A stretch of 64,000 nucleotides of DNA from an uncultured Gemmatimonadaceae bacterium (GTDB lineage Bacteria; Gemmatimonadota; Gemmatimonadetes; Gemmatimonadales; Gemmatimonadaceae), in assembly GCA_963843845.1 (NCBI GenBank), contig CAWJMB010000002.1, forward strand, positions 1,600,001 to 1,664,000. The letters are read 5' to 3'. The position numbers and the translations under genes are program-made. Of this stretch, positions 44,177 through 55,100 are shown piece after piece. The notes beneath the pieces are model-generated. The model searched no databases. It had not been told where the DNA came from and saw only the letters and a program-made list of their open reading frames with translations. Numbering within the stretch: position 1 is the stretch's first letter; every line of letters starts with the position of its first letter.

Positions 44177-45427
44177 TCACTCGTAGCGGAGCGCCTCGAC
44201 CGGATCGAGCCGCGCGGCGCGGACTGCCGGCACCATGCCGAACGCCACACCGGTGAGCGCCGACGCGATGAGCGCGGCTGCGATCGCCGACGGGGGAACC
44301 GCCGCCGGCACGGGCGTCAGCTTGTTGATCGCCAGCGCCGCCGCGCCGCCGAGCACCAGCCCGACCGCCGCGCCGAGACTCGTGAGGGTGGCCGCTTCGA
44401 CGAGGAACTGCCAGAGAATCGCGCCCTTCGTCGCGCCTAACGCTTTGCGAACGCCGATCTCGCGCGTCCGCTCCGTGACCGAGATCATCATGATCGCCAC
44501 CACGCCGACCCCGCCGACGAGCAGCCCGACCGCGGACAGGGCGAGACCGATGATGAACAGCGTTCCGAACAGCTTGTCGAACACTTCCATCATCCGGTCC
44601 GACGTCACGAGCGCGAAGGTGTTCAGCTCACCCGGCCGCAGGCCGCGTCGCGATCGGAGCGCCATCGTCACGTCGTCCATCACGTCGCTCTGCGTCACCC
44701 CGGTGCGCGGTTTGACGACGAGCGAGACGCCGCGCCGCCAGACGCCGATGTGGCGACGCGCAGCCTCGATCGGCATGATCGCGCGCGGCCGGTCGGGGCC
44801 GCGACCGTCCATCGTCTTCAGAAAGCCGCCCTTCGCGTGGTAGACCCCGATGACCTGGAACGGCTGGCCGTCGAGCTGCACCTGCTTGCCGATCGGGTCG
44901 GAGTCGCCGAAGAGCTTCGACTTCAGCGAGTCATTGATGATGACCACGCGTGAGCCGCTCGCGTTCTCCTGCTGCGAGAAGTTGCGTCCCGGCGAGATGT
45001 CGCCGACGTCGGTCTGCATCCATTGCTCGCTCATCGCGTCGTAGCCGACCGACGCGAGGTAGCGGTCGTGATACTGGAACGGCCGGCTATCGCCGTAGAT
45101 CTCGGTGACCGCCTGCACGTTCGGCAGTTGCCGGAGGATCGCCGCCTCCTCGGGGCTGATCGCCGGGTTGCGGCGCTCCGGCGAGTCCGGGTCCGGCGGG
45201 CCGGTCTCGAGGCCGCGGCGCCGCACCTGGAACGACGTCGCGCCGAAGTCCTCGACGTCGCTCTGGAAGCTCGCCGTGATGCCGTGCACGGTCGCGGCCA
45301 TGGCGACGACGACGAAGACGCCGATGCCGACGCCGCCGATCGTCAGTAAGGCGCGAAACTTGTTCGAGCGAATCGCTTCGAAGGCGATGAGCACGCCTTC
45401 GAGCGACTGGATGAGTCGATTCAGCAT
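44177..45427 (-). CDS. MacB/FtsX-type ABC transporter permease
   Basis: 'RALLTIGGVGIGV', 'VGGVGVVAIMMISVTERTREIGVRKALGA', 'ARLDPVEALRYE'. Confidence 0.94.
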   Translation of the reverse strand: MLNRLIQSLEGVLIAFEAIRSNKFRALLTIGGVGIGVFVVVAMAATVHGITASFQSDVEDFGATSFQVRRRGLETGPPDPDSPERRNPAISPEEAAILRQLPNVQAVTEIYGDSRPFQYHDRYLASVGYDAMSEQWMQTDVGDISPGRNFSQQENASGSRVVIINDSLKSKLFGDSDPIGKQVQLDGQPFQVIGVYHAKGGFLKTMDGRGPDRPRAIMPIEAARRHIGVWRRGVSLVVKPRTGVTQSDVMDDVTMALRSRRGLRPGELNTFALVTSDRMMEVFDKLFGTLFIIGLALSAVGLLVGGVGVVAIMMISVTERTREIGVRKALGATKGAILWQFLVEAATLTSLGAAVGLVLGGAAALAINKLTPVPAAVPPSAIAAALIASALTGVAFGMVPAVRAARLDPVEALRYE

Positions 45428-45434
45428 CCCGCCG

Positions 45435-46679
45435 TCACTCCTGCCGTAGCGCGGCGATCGGGTCGAGGCGCGACGCCCGGCTCGCCGGATACGCCCCCGA
45501 GACGATCCCGATCGTCGCGCCTAACACGAGGGCGAATCCGATCGACCACGGTGCGACGCCGACCGGAAGCGAGGGGAAGGCGAGCTGCAGGAGCTTCGCC
45601 GCCGCCAGCCCGAGCGAGATGCCGATCGCCGCGCCGAGCACGCTGAGCGTCGCGGCCTCGACGAGGAACTGTGTCATGATGTCGCGGCGCCGTGCGCCCA
45701 ACGCTTTGCGGATGCCGATCTCGCTCGTTCGCTCGGCGACCGCGACGAGCATGATGTTCATGATGACCATCGAGCCGACGATCATCCCGATCGCCGGGAG
45801 CGCCGCGCCGAAGACGGTGATCTTCCCCTTCAGCTCGTCGAAGAACTGCAGCGCCGAGTCGGACGTGTTGATCGCGAAATCGTCTTTCTCCGACGGCTGC
45901 AGACGATGACGTGCCCGCATCACCCCGCGCACCTCGTCGCCGAGGTCCGGCATCGCGTCGCGCGACGGCGCCTGCACGATGAGCGCGTCGATGTCCCCGC
46001 GAGGGTTCGTGACGCGCCCGATCGGCGATCGGTACGGCGCGATCGCGAACTGATCGAGTGAGAAGCCGAAGATGTTCCCCTGCTTCTCGATGACGCCGAT
46101 GATCGAATAGGGCATGCCGGCGATCTTCAGCTCGCGGCCGACCGGCTCGAGGTCCGGGAAGAAGTGCTCGGCGATCTCGACCCCGATGACGACCACGCGG
46201 GCGCCCATCGCCGCCTCCTGCTGCGTGAACGCGCGGCCGCTGGCGAGGTTGTACTTCTTGATCGTGAAATAGTCGCCGTCGACCCCCATCGCCTGCACGC
46301 GGCGCCGGCGCGCGTACGGCGACGTGGCGAACACGAAGTCGCTCCCCTCGATCGCCGACGGCGTGCCGCGCGGCAGCGCCTCGCGGATGAGCCCGACGTC
46401 CTCCTCGTACAGCCGCGGGCGCCGCTGCCACGAGCGCCACTCGTCGTCGGCGACGTCGCCGACCTGGAAGTTCGGCGTGCGACTCACGGTGAGCGTGTTC
46501 GCGCCGATCAACTTCCCGGCGAAGTCGTTCTCCATGTAGTTGCTCATCCCCTCGACGATCGAGATGACGGCGATGAGGAACATGACGCCGATCAGCACGC
46601 CGATCACGGTGAAGAAGCTCTTGAGCTTCTGCACGCGGATCGTCTGTAGCGCGAGGCGAACGGCTTCGAGGAAAGGCAT
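45435..46679 (-). CDS. MacB/FtsX-type ABC transporter permease
   Basis: 'KLKSFFTVIGVLIGV', 'IMNIMLVAVAERTSEIGIRKALGA', 'SRLDPIAALRQE'. Confidence 0.94.
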   Translation of the reverse strand: MPFLEAVRLALQTIRVQKLKSFFTVIGVLIGVMFLIAVISIVEGMSNYMENDFAGKLIGANTLTVSRTPNFQVGDVADDEWRSWQRRPRLYEEDVGLIREALPRGTPSAIEGSDFVFATSPYARRRRVQAMGVDGDYFTIKKYNLASGRAFTQQEAAMGARVVVIGVEIAEHFFPDLEPVGRELKIAGMPYSIIGVIEKQGNIFGFSLDQFAIAPYRSPIGRVTNPRGDIDALIVQAPSRDAMPDLGDEVRGVMRARHRLQPSEKDDFAINTSDSALQFFDELKGKITVFGAALPAIGMIVGSMVIMNIMLVAVAERTSEIGIRKALGARRRDIMTQFLVEAATLSVLGAAIGISLGLAAAKLLQLAFPSLPVGVAPWSIGFALVLGATIGIVSGAYPASRASRLDPIAALRQE

Positions 46680-46731
46680 CCGGGGGGAGGAGGGGAGAGT
46701 GCCTGACGCGGGCGCGGCGCGGTCCGAACCC

Positions 46732-47577
46732 TTACGAGCCGCGCGTCCCGACCTCGTGCACCGAGCCGCCGAGCTTGAGCCGCTCGACGAACTGCGCGCG
46801 ACGTTCGTCGCTCGCGACCGCGCCGTCGCGCAGCACGATCACCCGCCGCGCGTGCTGTGCGATGTCCGGCTCGTGGGTGACCATGATGACCGTCTGTCCC
46901 TCGTCGGAGAGCGCCTCGAAGACCCGCATGATCTCCTCGGACGTGTTCGAGTCGAGGTTGCCGGTGGGCTCGTCGGCGAGCAGGATCGACGGACGGTTGA
47001 CGAGGGCACGGGCGATCGCCACGCGCTGACGCTGACCGCCGGAGAGCTCGTTCGGCCGGTGGTGCATGCGGCTGCCGAGGTTCACGCGGTCGAGTGCCTC
47101 CTCGGCGCGCTTCCGCCGTTCGGTGCCCGAGACGCCGGCGTACACGAGCGGCAGCTCGACATTCTGGAGCGCGGTCGAGCGAGGAAGCAGGTTGAACGTC
47201 TGGAAGACGAAGCCGATCTCCTTGTTGCGCACCCGCGCCAGCGCGTCGTCGCTCATCGCCGAGACGAGCTGTCCGTTCAGCCAGTACTCGCCCGCCGACG
47301 GCGTGTCGAGGCAGCCGAGCACGTTCATGAACGTCGACTTCCCCGATCCGGACGGACCCATGATCGCGACGTACTCGTTGCGCCCGATCGCGAGCTCGAC
47401 GCCGCGCAGGGCACGGACGATCTCGCCGCCCATGTCGTACTCGCGCTTGATGCCGCGCGTGACGATGATCCAGTCCTGCCCCGGCGCGAGGCCCGAGCCG
47501 GCGATCACGGCGCGGCGCTCCGCCGTCGTCGAGACGCCTGGCTCGGCTTCCGTGTGCATCACATTGCTGTCGATCAC
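46732..47577 (-). CDS. ABC transporter ATP-binding protein (MacB/LolD type)
   Basis: [41 protein letters not shown]. Confidence 0.95.
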   Translation of the reverse strand: MIDSNVMHTEAEPGVSTTAERRAVIAGSGLAPGQDWIIVTRGIKREYDMGGEIVRALRGVELAIGRNEYVAIMGPSGSGKSTFMNVLGCLDTPSAGEYWLNGQLVSAMSDDALARVRNKEIGFVFQTFNLLPRSTALQNVELPLVYAGVSGTERRKRAEEALDRVNLGSRMHHRPNELSGGQRQRVAIARALVNRPSILLADEPTGNLDSNTSEEIMRVFEALSDEGQTVIMVTHEPDIAQHARRVIVLRDGAVASDERRAQFVERLKLGGSVHEVGTRGS

Positions 47578-48860
47578 GACTTCGCTCCCGTCTTGGTGGC
47601 CTTCGCGTCCTTGTCGACGGCCTGCTTCACGGTCTGGCCGTCCTTCAGGTCGCGGATCGCCTGGTAGGTCCCGGCGACGATCGTCTCCCCTTCCTTGAGA
47701 CCGCCGACGACCTCGAAGAACCGGTCGCCCGCGATCCCTACCTTAACGGGGCGGAACGTCACCTTGTTGTCGGTACCGACGACGAAGACCCCCTCGACGT
47801 CCTTCTTGCCGATCTCCTTCTGCGGCGCGCGGTTCCCCATCGTCGGCGCGCTGTCCTTCTGCGCCAGCGCCTCGTTCTCGCGCACGGTGAGCGCGATGAT
47901 CGGAATCGAGACCACGCTCTTCCGCGTGTCGGTCACGATCTTCGCCGTCGCCGAGAAGTCGGGGCGCGTCTCGGCGGGGGGATTCAGCAGCTGGATCGTG
48001 ACCTCGTAGTCGATGGCCTGATCGGTCGACGCGCCGGCGGCCGCCGTCACCGAGCTGTTGGAGATCTTCGTCACCTTGCCGACGAACGTCGTGTCGGGGA
48101 ACGCGTCGATCTGCACCACGGCCGAATCCCCGGTCGCGATGTGTGCGACGTCGGTCTCGTCGACCTTGACCTTCGTCTCGAGGATGCCCATGTCGCTGAT
48201 CGTGAGCAGCGTCGCGGCGTCTCTGTTGAACGTGCCGGGGACCGCCGTCTCGCCCGCCTCGACGTTCAGTCGCGTGATGCGCCCGCTCATCGGCGCCATG
48301 ATCGTCGTCTTGGCCAGCGCCTGCCGCGCGTCGCGGAGCGAGGCGGCCGCCTGATCGACCCCGTGCCGCGACGCGTCGACGAGCGCCTTGTTGACGTCGG
48401 ACGATGTCTTGAGCTGGTCGAGCTCGGACTCCGAGATGAGATTCGCGTTCTGCGTCTTGATGGTGTTCATGCGCTCGTACGAGCGCTGGGCCTGGATGTA
48501 GTTCGCCTGCGCCTGCGACGCCTGCGCCCGCGCCGACGCGAGGCCGGCCTCGGCGCGCTGCACGTTCGCGGCATACTGCTCCGGATCGATCTGGAGCAGG
48601 AACTGCCCCTGCGTGACGATGTCGCCTTCCTTCACCGCGAGGCGCACGATGCGCCCGCTGATGTCGGCGGCGACGTCGACCTTGGAGTGCGGGATGACCT
48701 GGCCGCTCGCCGTGACCGAGGCGACGAGGTCGCGCCGCCCGACCGACTCGAGCTTCACCTCGACGACCTTGTTCTCGCGCTTCTTGGCGCCCATCACCGC
48801 GAACGCGGCGACCGCGGCGAGCACGACGCCGGCGATGGACAGCTTCAGGGGCTTGCTCAT
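47574..48860 (-). CDS. efflux periplasmic adaptor subunit (MacA/HlyD type)
   Basis: [40 protein letters not shown]-like C-terminal region. Confidence 0.92.
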   Translation of the reverse strand: MSKPLKLSIAGVVLAAVAAFAVMGAKKRENKVVEVKLESVGRRDLVASVTASGQVIPHSKVDVAADISGRIVRLAVKEGDIVTQGQFLLQIDPEQYAANVQRAEAGLASARAQASQAQANYIQAQRSYERMNTIKTQNANLISESELDQLKTSSDVNKALVDASRHGVDQAAASLRDARQALAKTTIMAPMSGRITRLNVEAGETAVPGTFNRDAATLLTISDMGILETKVKVDETDVAHIATGDSAVVQIDAFPDTTFVGKVTKISNSSVTAAAGASTDQAIDYEVTIQLLNPPAETRPDFSATAKIVTDTRKSVVSIPIIALTVRENEALAQKDSAPTMGNRAPQKEIGKKDVEGVFVVGTDNKVTFRPVKVGIAGDRFFEVVGGLKEGETIVAGTYQAIRDLKDGQTVKQAVDKDAKATKTGAKS

Positions 48861-48891
48861 GGACACGGTATGGAGAGGAGGGAGAGATCGA

Positions 48892-50394
48892 TCAGCGGAG
48901 CGGGCGTCCGACGGCGTTCTCGAGCGTCGCGAACGACCGATGGAAGTCGTAGATCGCGTTCAGATAGTCGGTCTGCGCGCGGGCGTAGTCGTCACGCGCC
49001 TGCGACACCTCGATGAACGTGTTGGCGCCGACGCGGTACCGCTCCTGCGCGAGCGCCAGCGCCTCGCGCGACGTGTTCGCGTTCTGCTGCTGAATCGCGA
49101 CCGACTGCCGCTGCGCCTGCAGCGTCAGGTACGCGGCGGTGACGTCCGCGGTGAGCTGCAGCTCCTGCCCGCGGATGCGATACTCGGCGTCGTTGCGCGC
49201 GGCGACGGCGCTCTGAATCTGCTGCTCGCGCTGAAAGCCGTTGAAGATCGGAAGGTTGAGCGACGCCGTGACGCTGTACGGACTGCGCGTGAAGTCGAAC
49301 AGCCGGCCGTTCGTGGCGCGCGCGGCTGAGATCTCGTCGGGGGTCAGCGTGATCGCGCGGCAGGCGTCGAGATCGGCCGTCTGGCCGACCGCCTGGCGAA
49401 TCTGCGCCGCCGAGAAGCACGCGCCCTGCTTCGACGAGAGCGCCGACGTGACGAGGCCGTCGGTACTCGTGAACGTGTTGCCGAAGCCATTCAGCCCGGC
49501 GCTGAGCGACAGCGACGGCAGGTAGGCGCCTTTCGACGCGCGCACCGTCTGCACGGCGACGTCGCCGCGGACGCGCGCCGCGTTGAGCACCGGATTGGAC
49601 TTCCGCGCTTCGTCGAGCAGCGCGTCGAGCGTCTGCGGCGGATCGGTCAGCTCGAACCGCGTCGTGAGCTGCACGTCGGTCGGCTGCGTCACGCCGAGCT
49701 GCTGGAAGAGACGCAGCTTCTCGACTTGCGCCTGGTTCCGCGCCTGGATCGACTGCACCTGCAACTGGCCGAGCGCCACCTCTGCGCGACGCACGTCGAG
49801 CACGGTCGCGGCACCGACGGCCACGCGCGCCTTCGCGAGCTCGAGCTGTGCGGCGGCGGTCGCGACGAGTGAGTCTTGCAGTGCCGCACGCGCCTGCTGC
49901 TGCAGGGCGGCGATGTACTGCGTGGTCACGCCCGCCCGAAGCGTCTGCGCGGCGCCGGAGATGTCCGCCTCGACCGCTTCCGCGTTCGCGCGCTGGACGC
50001 GCGGCGTGAGCAACGTGGCGGCGCTGAACTGCGCGTCCACGCTGAACCCTCCGCCGGCGTTCAGCTGATCCGCGCGGGCGCCGACCACCTGACCGGCGAA
50101 GAGCTGCTGCCCGCCCTGGCGGTACTGCGTGTAGAAGTTGGTCGACAGCTGCGGCGCGAGCGCGCCGTACGAGCTGCGCACGGCGGCGGCAGCGCGGCGG
50201 CGCTCGTTCACGCTCGACTGATACGACGGGTTGTTGCGGCGCGCGAGCGCGATCGCTTCGTCGAGCGACAGCGTCGGGCCGCTCGTGACGGCGGGTGGCG
50301 CCGGCGGCGTGGGGGCCTGCTGCGCGACGAGAACGGGGGCGGCAGCGAGCCGCGCGCCGGCGAGGAGCGCGCCGGCGAGGAGCGGAAAGCGCAT
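48892..50394 (-). CDS. TolC family outer-membrane efflux protein
   Basis: Signal peptide, LSLDEAIALA..NNP, LNLPIFNGF, ERYRVGA; first gene of the efflux operon. Confidence 0.93.
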   Translation of the reverse strand: MRFPLLAGALLAGARLAAAPVLVAQQAPTPPAPPAVTSGPTLSLDEAIALARRNNPSYQSSVNERRRAAAAVRSSYGALAPQLSTNFYTQYRQGGQQLFAGQVVGARADQLNAGGGFSVDAQFSAATLLTPRVQRANAEAVEADISGAAQTLRAGVTTQYIAALQQQARAALQDSLVATAAAQLELAKARVAVGAATVLDVRRAEVALGQLQVQSIQARNQAQVEKLRLFQQLGVTQPTDVQLTTRFELTDPPQTLDALLDEARKSNPVLNAARVRGDVAVQTVRASKGAYLPSLSLSAGLNGFGNTFTSTDGLVTSALSSKQGACFSAAQIRQAVGQTADLDACRAITLTPDEISAARATNGRLFDFTRSPYSVTASLNLPIFNGFQREQQIQSAVAARNDAEYRIRGQELQLTADVTAAYLTLQAQRQSVAIQQQNANTSREALALAQERYRVGANTFIEVSQARDDYARAQTDYLNAIYDFHRSFATLENAVGRPLR

Positions 50395-50526
50395 GGTGGG
50401 AAAGTCGGAGGGGGTCAGGCTGACGTACGGGCGCCCGGGACGCCGGTTTCACACGGGGGTCGAGAGGATGGCTTCGCTCTCGGCGCGCGTCGCGCGCGGG
50501 CCCGGGCGCGGTGGCGAGGCGGCGGG

Positions 50527-51225
50527 CTACCGCCCGGGCGGATCGTCGCGCAGCGCGATGAGGTTCTGCGCCGGCACCGCCACCTTCAGCACCCGCCCGC
50601 CCGTGTCCACCCACACCACCCGCTCGGTGCCACCGACGCCCGAAAACAGGTATCGCGTCGCCGCGATCGTTTCCCCGCCCACCGAGACCGACTCGGCGCC
50701 GGCACGAGCGACGCGCACCGTTCCCTGCGCATTGCGTCGCGGTGCGACGACAGGCACCTGCGTCGCTGCCCCGAGGCGGTTGCCGAGCGGGAGGAAGTAG
50801 TACTGATGGAAGAGCTCGTCGTCGACGAGTACCGCGCCGTCTCCGGTCGCGTACTCGCTCGCGGCCTCGCCGCGGCTCGTGCGCACCTGCATGCTGAATC
50901 GGCCGTGCATGATCTGACCGGTCAGCCGCGACTCGGTGTCGGTGCCGTTCTTCACGTCGACCTGGTAGCGCAGCGGCGCTCCCGCCGCGTCCGTCTGGAG
51001 CGCCGAGCTGATGCGCCGGTCGCCGTACGCGCCGAGCCCGCGCGCGACATACTCGACCCCGCCCGCGACCGGCTGCCGCACGATACGGAACTCTTCCCGC
51101 CCGATGCGGGCGCCGTCGCGCGTGATCGTGAACGTCCCCTCGTCGGCCGTGCTGACCTGCGCGGCGAGCGAGAGGGGCGCTGCCACGAGAACCGCGGCGA
51201 CGAGAGGTTTCACGAATGAGCGCAT
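50527..51225 (-). CDS. secreted hypothetical protein
   Basis: Signal peptide; 'DEGTFTI...IGREEFRI', 'VWVDTGGRVLKVAVP'. Confidence 0.75.
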   Translation of the reverse strand: MRSFVKPLVAAVLVAAPLSLAAQVSTADEGTFTITRDGARIGREEFRIVRQPVAGGVEYVARGLGAYGDRRISSALQTDAAGAPLRYQVDVKNGTDTESRLTGQIMHGRFSMQVRTSRGEAASEYATGDGAVLVDDELFHQYYFLPLGNRLGAATQVPVVAPRRNAQGTVRVARAGAESVSVGGETIAATRYLFSGVGGTERVVWVDTGGRVLKVAVPAQNLIALRDDPPGR

Positions 51226-51298
51226 GACACGCACATCTACCCGGGCCGAACGAGCGAGGTCCGTAAACACCCTGACTGACGGCCGGCGGCCGATCGCG

Positions 51299-52072
51299 TC
51301 ACGCGGGGCTCGCGGCCGCCGGGTCGGGGGCGCCGCGCTCGGAGGGCGCGAGGCCGAGCACGCGCGTGGCGACGCGCTCGAGAATGCGCTCGTACAGCAG
51401 CTGCCCCGTCTCCGCCGACGCGATCGTGGGGCGGCCGAGCGAGCCGCTCGGCCCGCGCGCGACCTGACCGGTGCCCCGGCGAAATCGGCGCAGCGCCGTG
51501 CGCTCGACCATATAATCCTGCGCGGCATCGAGGCGAACGAGCTCCGGCGCGAGGTAGAGCAGCAGCGACGTATCCACTTCGTCGCCGTGCATCGCTTCCA
51601 CCTGGCCGTGCAGCAGGTCCGTGAGATGCACCGCGAACAGATCGACGACGCGCACCCGCGCGCGTGCCGTGACGACCGTCGCCAGCGCCTCCTGATGCGG
51701 ATCGAACGCGTGGGCCGTGACCAGGATCAGCTCTTCGACGCCGCTCGTCTCCCACGCGGCGACGAGGTCGTTGAGCAGACGGTGCAACGTCTTCTTGCGC
51801 ACCCCAGCGGCGCCGGGGACGGCGGCCCGCACGGGCGCGTTCACACCGTACTCGATCGTCGGCGCGCGGAGCACCCCGGCGCGCGCCGAGAGGTCGTCGG
51901 CGAGGCAGTCGACGATGATCGTGTCACAGCCGAACGGCAGGTGATCGCCGTGCGGATCGGTGCAGCCCACCGGAACGATGAGCCGCGGGTCGTGTCCGAG
52001 GATCGCCGCCACCTCGGGCGGCGTCAGCGCTTTGAGCCGGAGCGGCGTGCCGGCGGGGGAACGAACGGTCAT
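51299..52072 (-). CDS. creatininase family protein
   Basis: 'IVPVGCTDPHGDHLPFGCD', 'APTIEYGV', 'HGDEVDTSLLLYLAPELV', 'GSLGRP..ASAETG'. Confidence 0.88.
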   Translation of the reverse strand: MTVRSPAGTPLRLKALTPPEVAAILGHDPRLIVPVGCTDPHGDHLPFGCDTIIVDCLADDLSARAGVLRAPTIEYGVNAPVRAAVPGAAGVRKKTLHRLLNDLVAAWETSGVEELILVTAHAFDPHQEALATVVTARARVRVVDLFAVHLTDLLHGQVEAMHGDEVDTSLLLYLAPELVRLDAAQDYMVERTALRRFRRGTGQVARGPSGSLGRPTIASAETGQLLYERILERVATRVLGLAPSERGAPDPAAASPA

Positions 52073-52118
52073 CGACGTCGGAGCTGAAACGGCGGCGCAG
52101 GGAGACGCCGCTCGCGGC

Positions 52119-55100
52119 GTGTGGCACGGGCGCCTGCCGCGTGTGCAGTCGGCGCTCGCCCGCGCGTCGCTCGCCGCGGCCGCGGCCGCGACCTTGCTCG
52201 CCGCGTGGTGGGTTCGCGCCCCGGGCGAAGGGTATCTCGCCGCGGTCGTCGCGGCTACGGTCGTCGCGCTCGGGCTCGGCTGGTACGCGACGCGCCGGCG
52301 GACCGCCGTCGTCGCGTTCGCCGTCGCCGTCGTCACCTTCGTCGCGCCGGCCCGATGGACGGAGCGCGAGCTCGCGGCGATCGACACGCGGTGGGAGCAG
52401 ACGCGCGCGATTCGCATCGCCGGCGGCGAGGGCGTGCTCGGCGAGGCGGTGGTACGCGCGACGACGGAGCTGCGCGCGATCGCCGCGCGCGCGCTCGCCG
52501 TTCGCGACTCGTCGTCGACATCGTTCGCCGAGGCCGAAGCGATACTGCCGCGCGGCGACGGCGAGCGGAGCCTCACGGTGTCGCACGGCGCGCGGCCGAT
52601 CGCCTGGGCCGGAACCCTTCGCGTGCCGCTCGACTCGCTGCGCGGGACGGCCGGCGCGATCCAGACGCCCTTCTACACGGCGTTGTATGTCACCGCCGAG
52701 CGCGCGGGCACGCGTGCGGTCGCGACCGAACTGCTCGCCGCCGCGCCCCCGGCCGACGCGCTCGTTCGGACGATCGTCCGGTCGGTCGGCGGCGCGGAGC
52801 CGGCGGCGTTCGAGGTCGTGCCGGCCATGCGCCTCGCCGAGGCCCGCGTCCTCGACGGCGCGTGGCGCGTCGTCGGCGTCGACGGCGTCCCGATCATCGC
52901 CATCCGTGCGACCGCGCCGAGCCGCACCGCGGTCCGTATCGAGACGCTCGCCGCCGGCCGCATGCAGACGCTGCCGGGGCTCGCGCTCATGCTGCTCGTG
53001 ACGGTCGCCGCCGCGTGGCGACGCGCGGGCACCCGCGACCGCGCCGCGCTCGGGCGCCGGCTGATCGCGCTGCTCCTGCCGCTCGCCGCGATCGCCGTCG
53101 TGCCGTTCAGTCTGCTCTCGAACGCGACGCGGCTCTTCGATCCCAGTCTCTACTTCGTCGAGTCGCGCTTCGGCTTCACCGGGAGCCTCGGCGCGTTGCT
53201 CCTGACAGGCGTCGTCGCTCTGCTCGCGCTCTTCGCCGTGCTTCGTTCGGGGCGCGCCCGACCGCCGCGATCGGTCGCGGTGCTCGTCGTCGCGTCGGCG
53301 GTCGCCGTCGCTCCGCCACTCCTGCGCGCGCTCGCAGACGGCATTCGCCCGCCCGCGTCGGGCGCGAGCGTCGGGCTGTGGATCGCGTGGCAGCTCGCGC
53401 TCTTCCTTCCCGCCGCCGTCGCGCTCACCGCGGCCTCTGCGGCGGGACGCGCGGCGTTGGGCGACCTCCGCGGCGCGCACCCGCTGGCGGCGCCGCTCCT
53501 GGCCGCGGCTGCCGCGCTGCTCGGGCCCGCAGCGTGGCAGGCGCCGGCGCGCTGGCCCGCCTGGTACCTCGCACTGTGGGGCCTGACGCTCGGCGTGCTC
53601 GTCGTCACGCGACGCACGCGGGGACTGATCGTCACCGCGGCTGCCGTCGCCGGGCTCGGCGCCGCCACGCTGGTGTGGAGCGCCGTCACGCGCAAACGCG
53701 TCGAGAGCGCCGAGCAGGTCGTACGGACGCTCACCGTCCCGGATCAGGAGATCGCCCGCTGGCTCGAGCGCATGGCCGTGCAACTCGCCGACAGCGCGCC
53801 GACGACGGCCGCCGCCCTGTTGCGCAGCTACGCGACGTCGTCGCTCGCGCCGGCCGAGCTGCCGGCGCTCGTGACCAGTTGGCTGCCGACGGCTCGCGGA
53901 GACAGTGCCGTCGCGACGCTCGTCACGGAGCCGGTCGGCGTCGACAGCGCGCAGCTGCGCACCCTCGTCGCCAGCGTCCGGCTCAGCGACGAGGCGTCGT
54001 TCGCCACCATGGCGGGGACGCCGGGCGTCGCCGAAGTGCTCGCGGTGCCGCACGGGGGTGGGCGAGTGACGACCGTCGCCGTGTTCTCGCGCAGCCGCCT
54101 CCTCGCGAGCGCCGTGCTCCCCACGCTGCTCGGCCTCCGATCGCCGACGAGCGCCGAGCCGCCATACGCCGTCTCGCTCGTGACGCGCGCGCCGAGCGAC
54201 GTGCTCGCGAATCGCGGCGCCGGTGGCGTGTGGACGCGCGAGGGCAACGAGATCCGGAGCGACTGGCTCGTCGCCGGCGGGCAGCAGCGGGCGCACGTCG
54301 AAGTCGCGCTGCGCCCGCTGGACGCGCTCGCGCAGCGCGGCGCCCTGCTCGTCTTTCTCGACCTCGCCGTCGTCGGTCTGCTCTGGCTGGTCCCGGCCGC
54401 CGCCGATGGGACGCTGCCCCGGCGGCTCGGCGTGTGGCGCGACACGTGGACGCATTCCTATCGCGCACGCCTCACGCTCGCCCTCTTCACCTTCTTCGTC
54501 GTCCCGGCGGCGGCGTTCGCGATCTGGTCCTACCGCGAGCTGCAGGCGAGCGACGTGCAGAGCCGCGCGCTGCTCGTGCGCGAGACGCTGCGCACCGCCA
54601 CCGCGCAGGTACCGAATGTCGACGCCGTCTCGCTCGCCGCGCTCGCCGAGCGACTGGGGACACCGCTGCTCGTGTTCGAAGCCGGGGTGCTGCGGCGCGC
54701 GAGCGACCCGCTGCTGCTCGACCTCGCGCCGACAGGTCTCCTGTTGCCGCGCGATCAGGCCCTCGGGGTCGGCTTCGGCGACGAGGTCGTGTCGACGCGG
54801 ACGATCGAGCTGCGGCAGCATCCGGCGCTGTTCGGGTACGCAGCGGCCGTCGGCGGGCGGTCGCAGCGCGTCGTCATCGCCGCTCCGGCACGCGCGGACG
54901 ACGTCACCGTGGATCAGCGACGCCGCGACCTCGGCTTCCTCGTGCTGCTCGTGACGGCCGGCGGAGCCGTCGCGGCGCTCTGGCTCAGCGGCCTCGCCGC
55001 GAACGAGCTCGCGCGTCCGGTCGGCGCGCTGCGCGCCGCGGCGAACGCGATCGCGCGTGGCGAGCGCGAGCCGGGTCTCGCCGGCGAGCCGCCCGCCGAG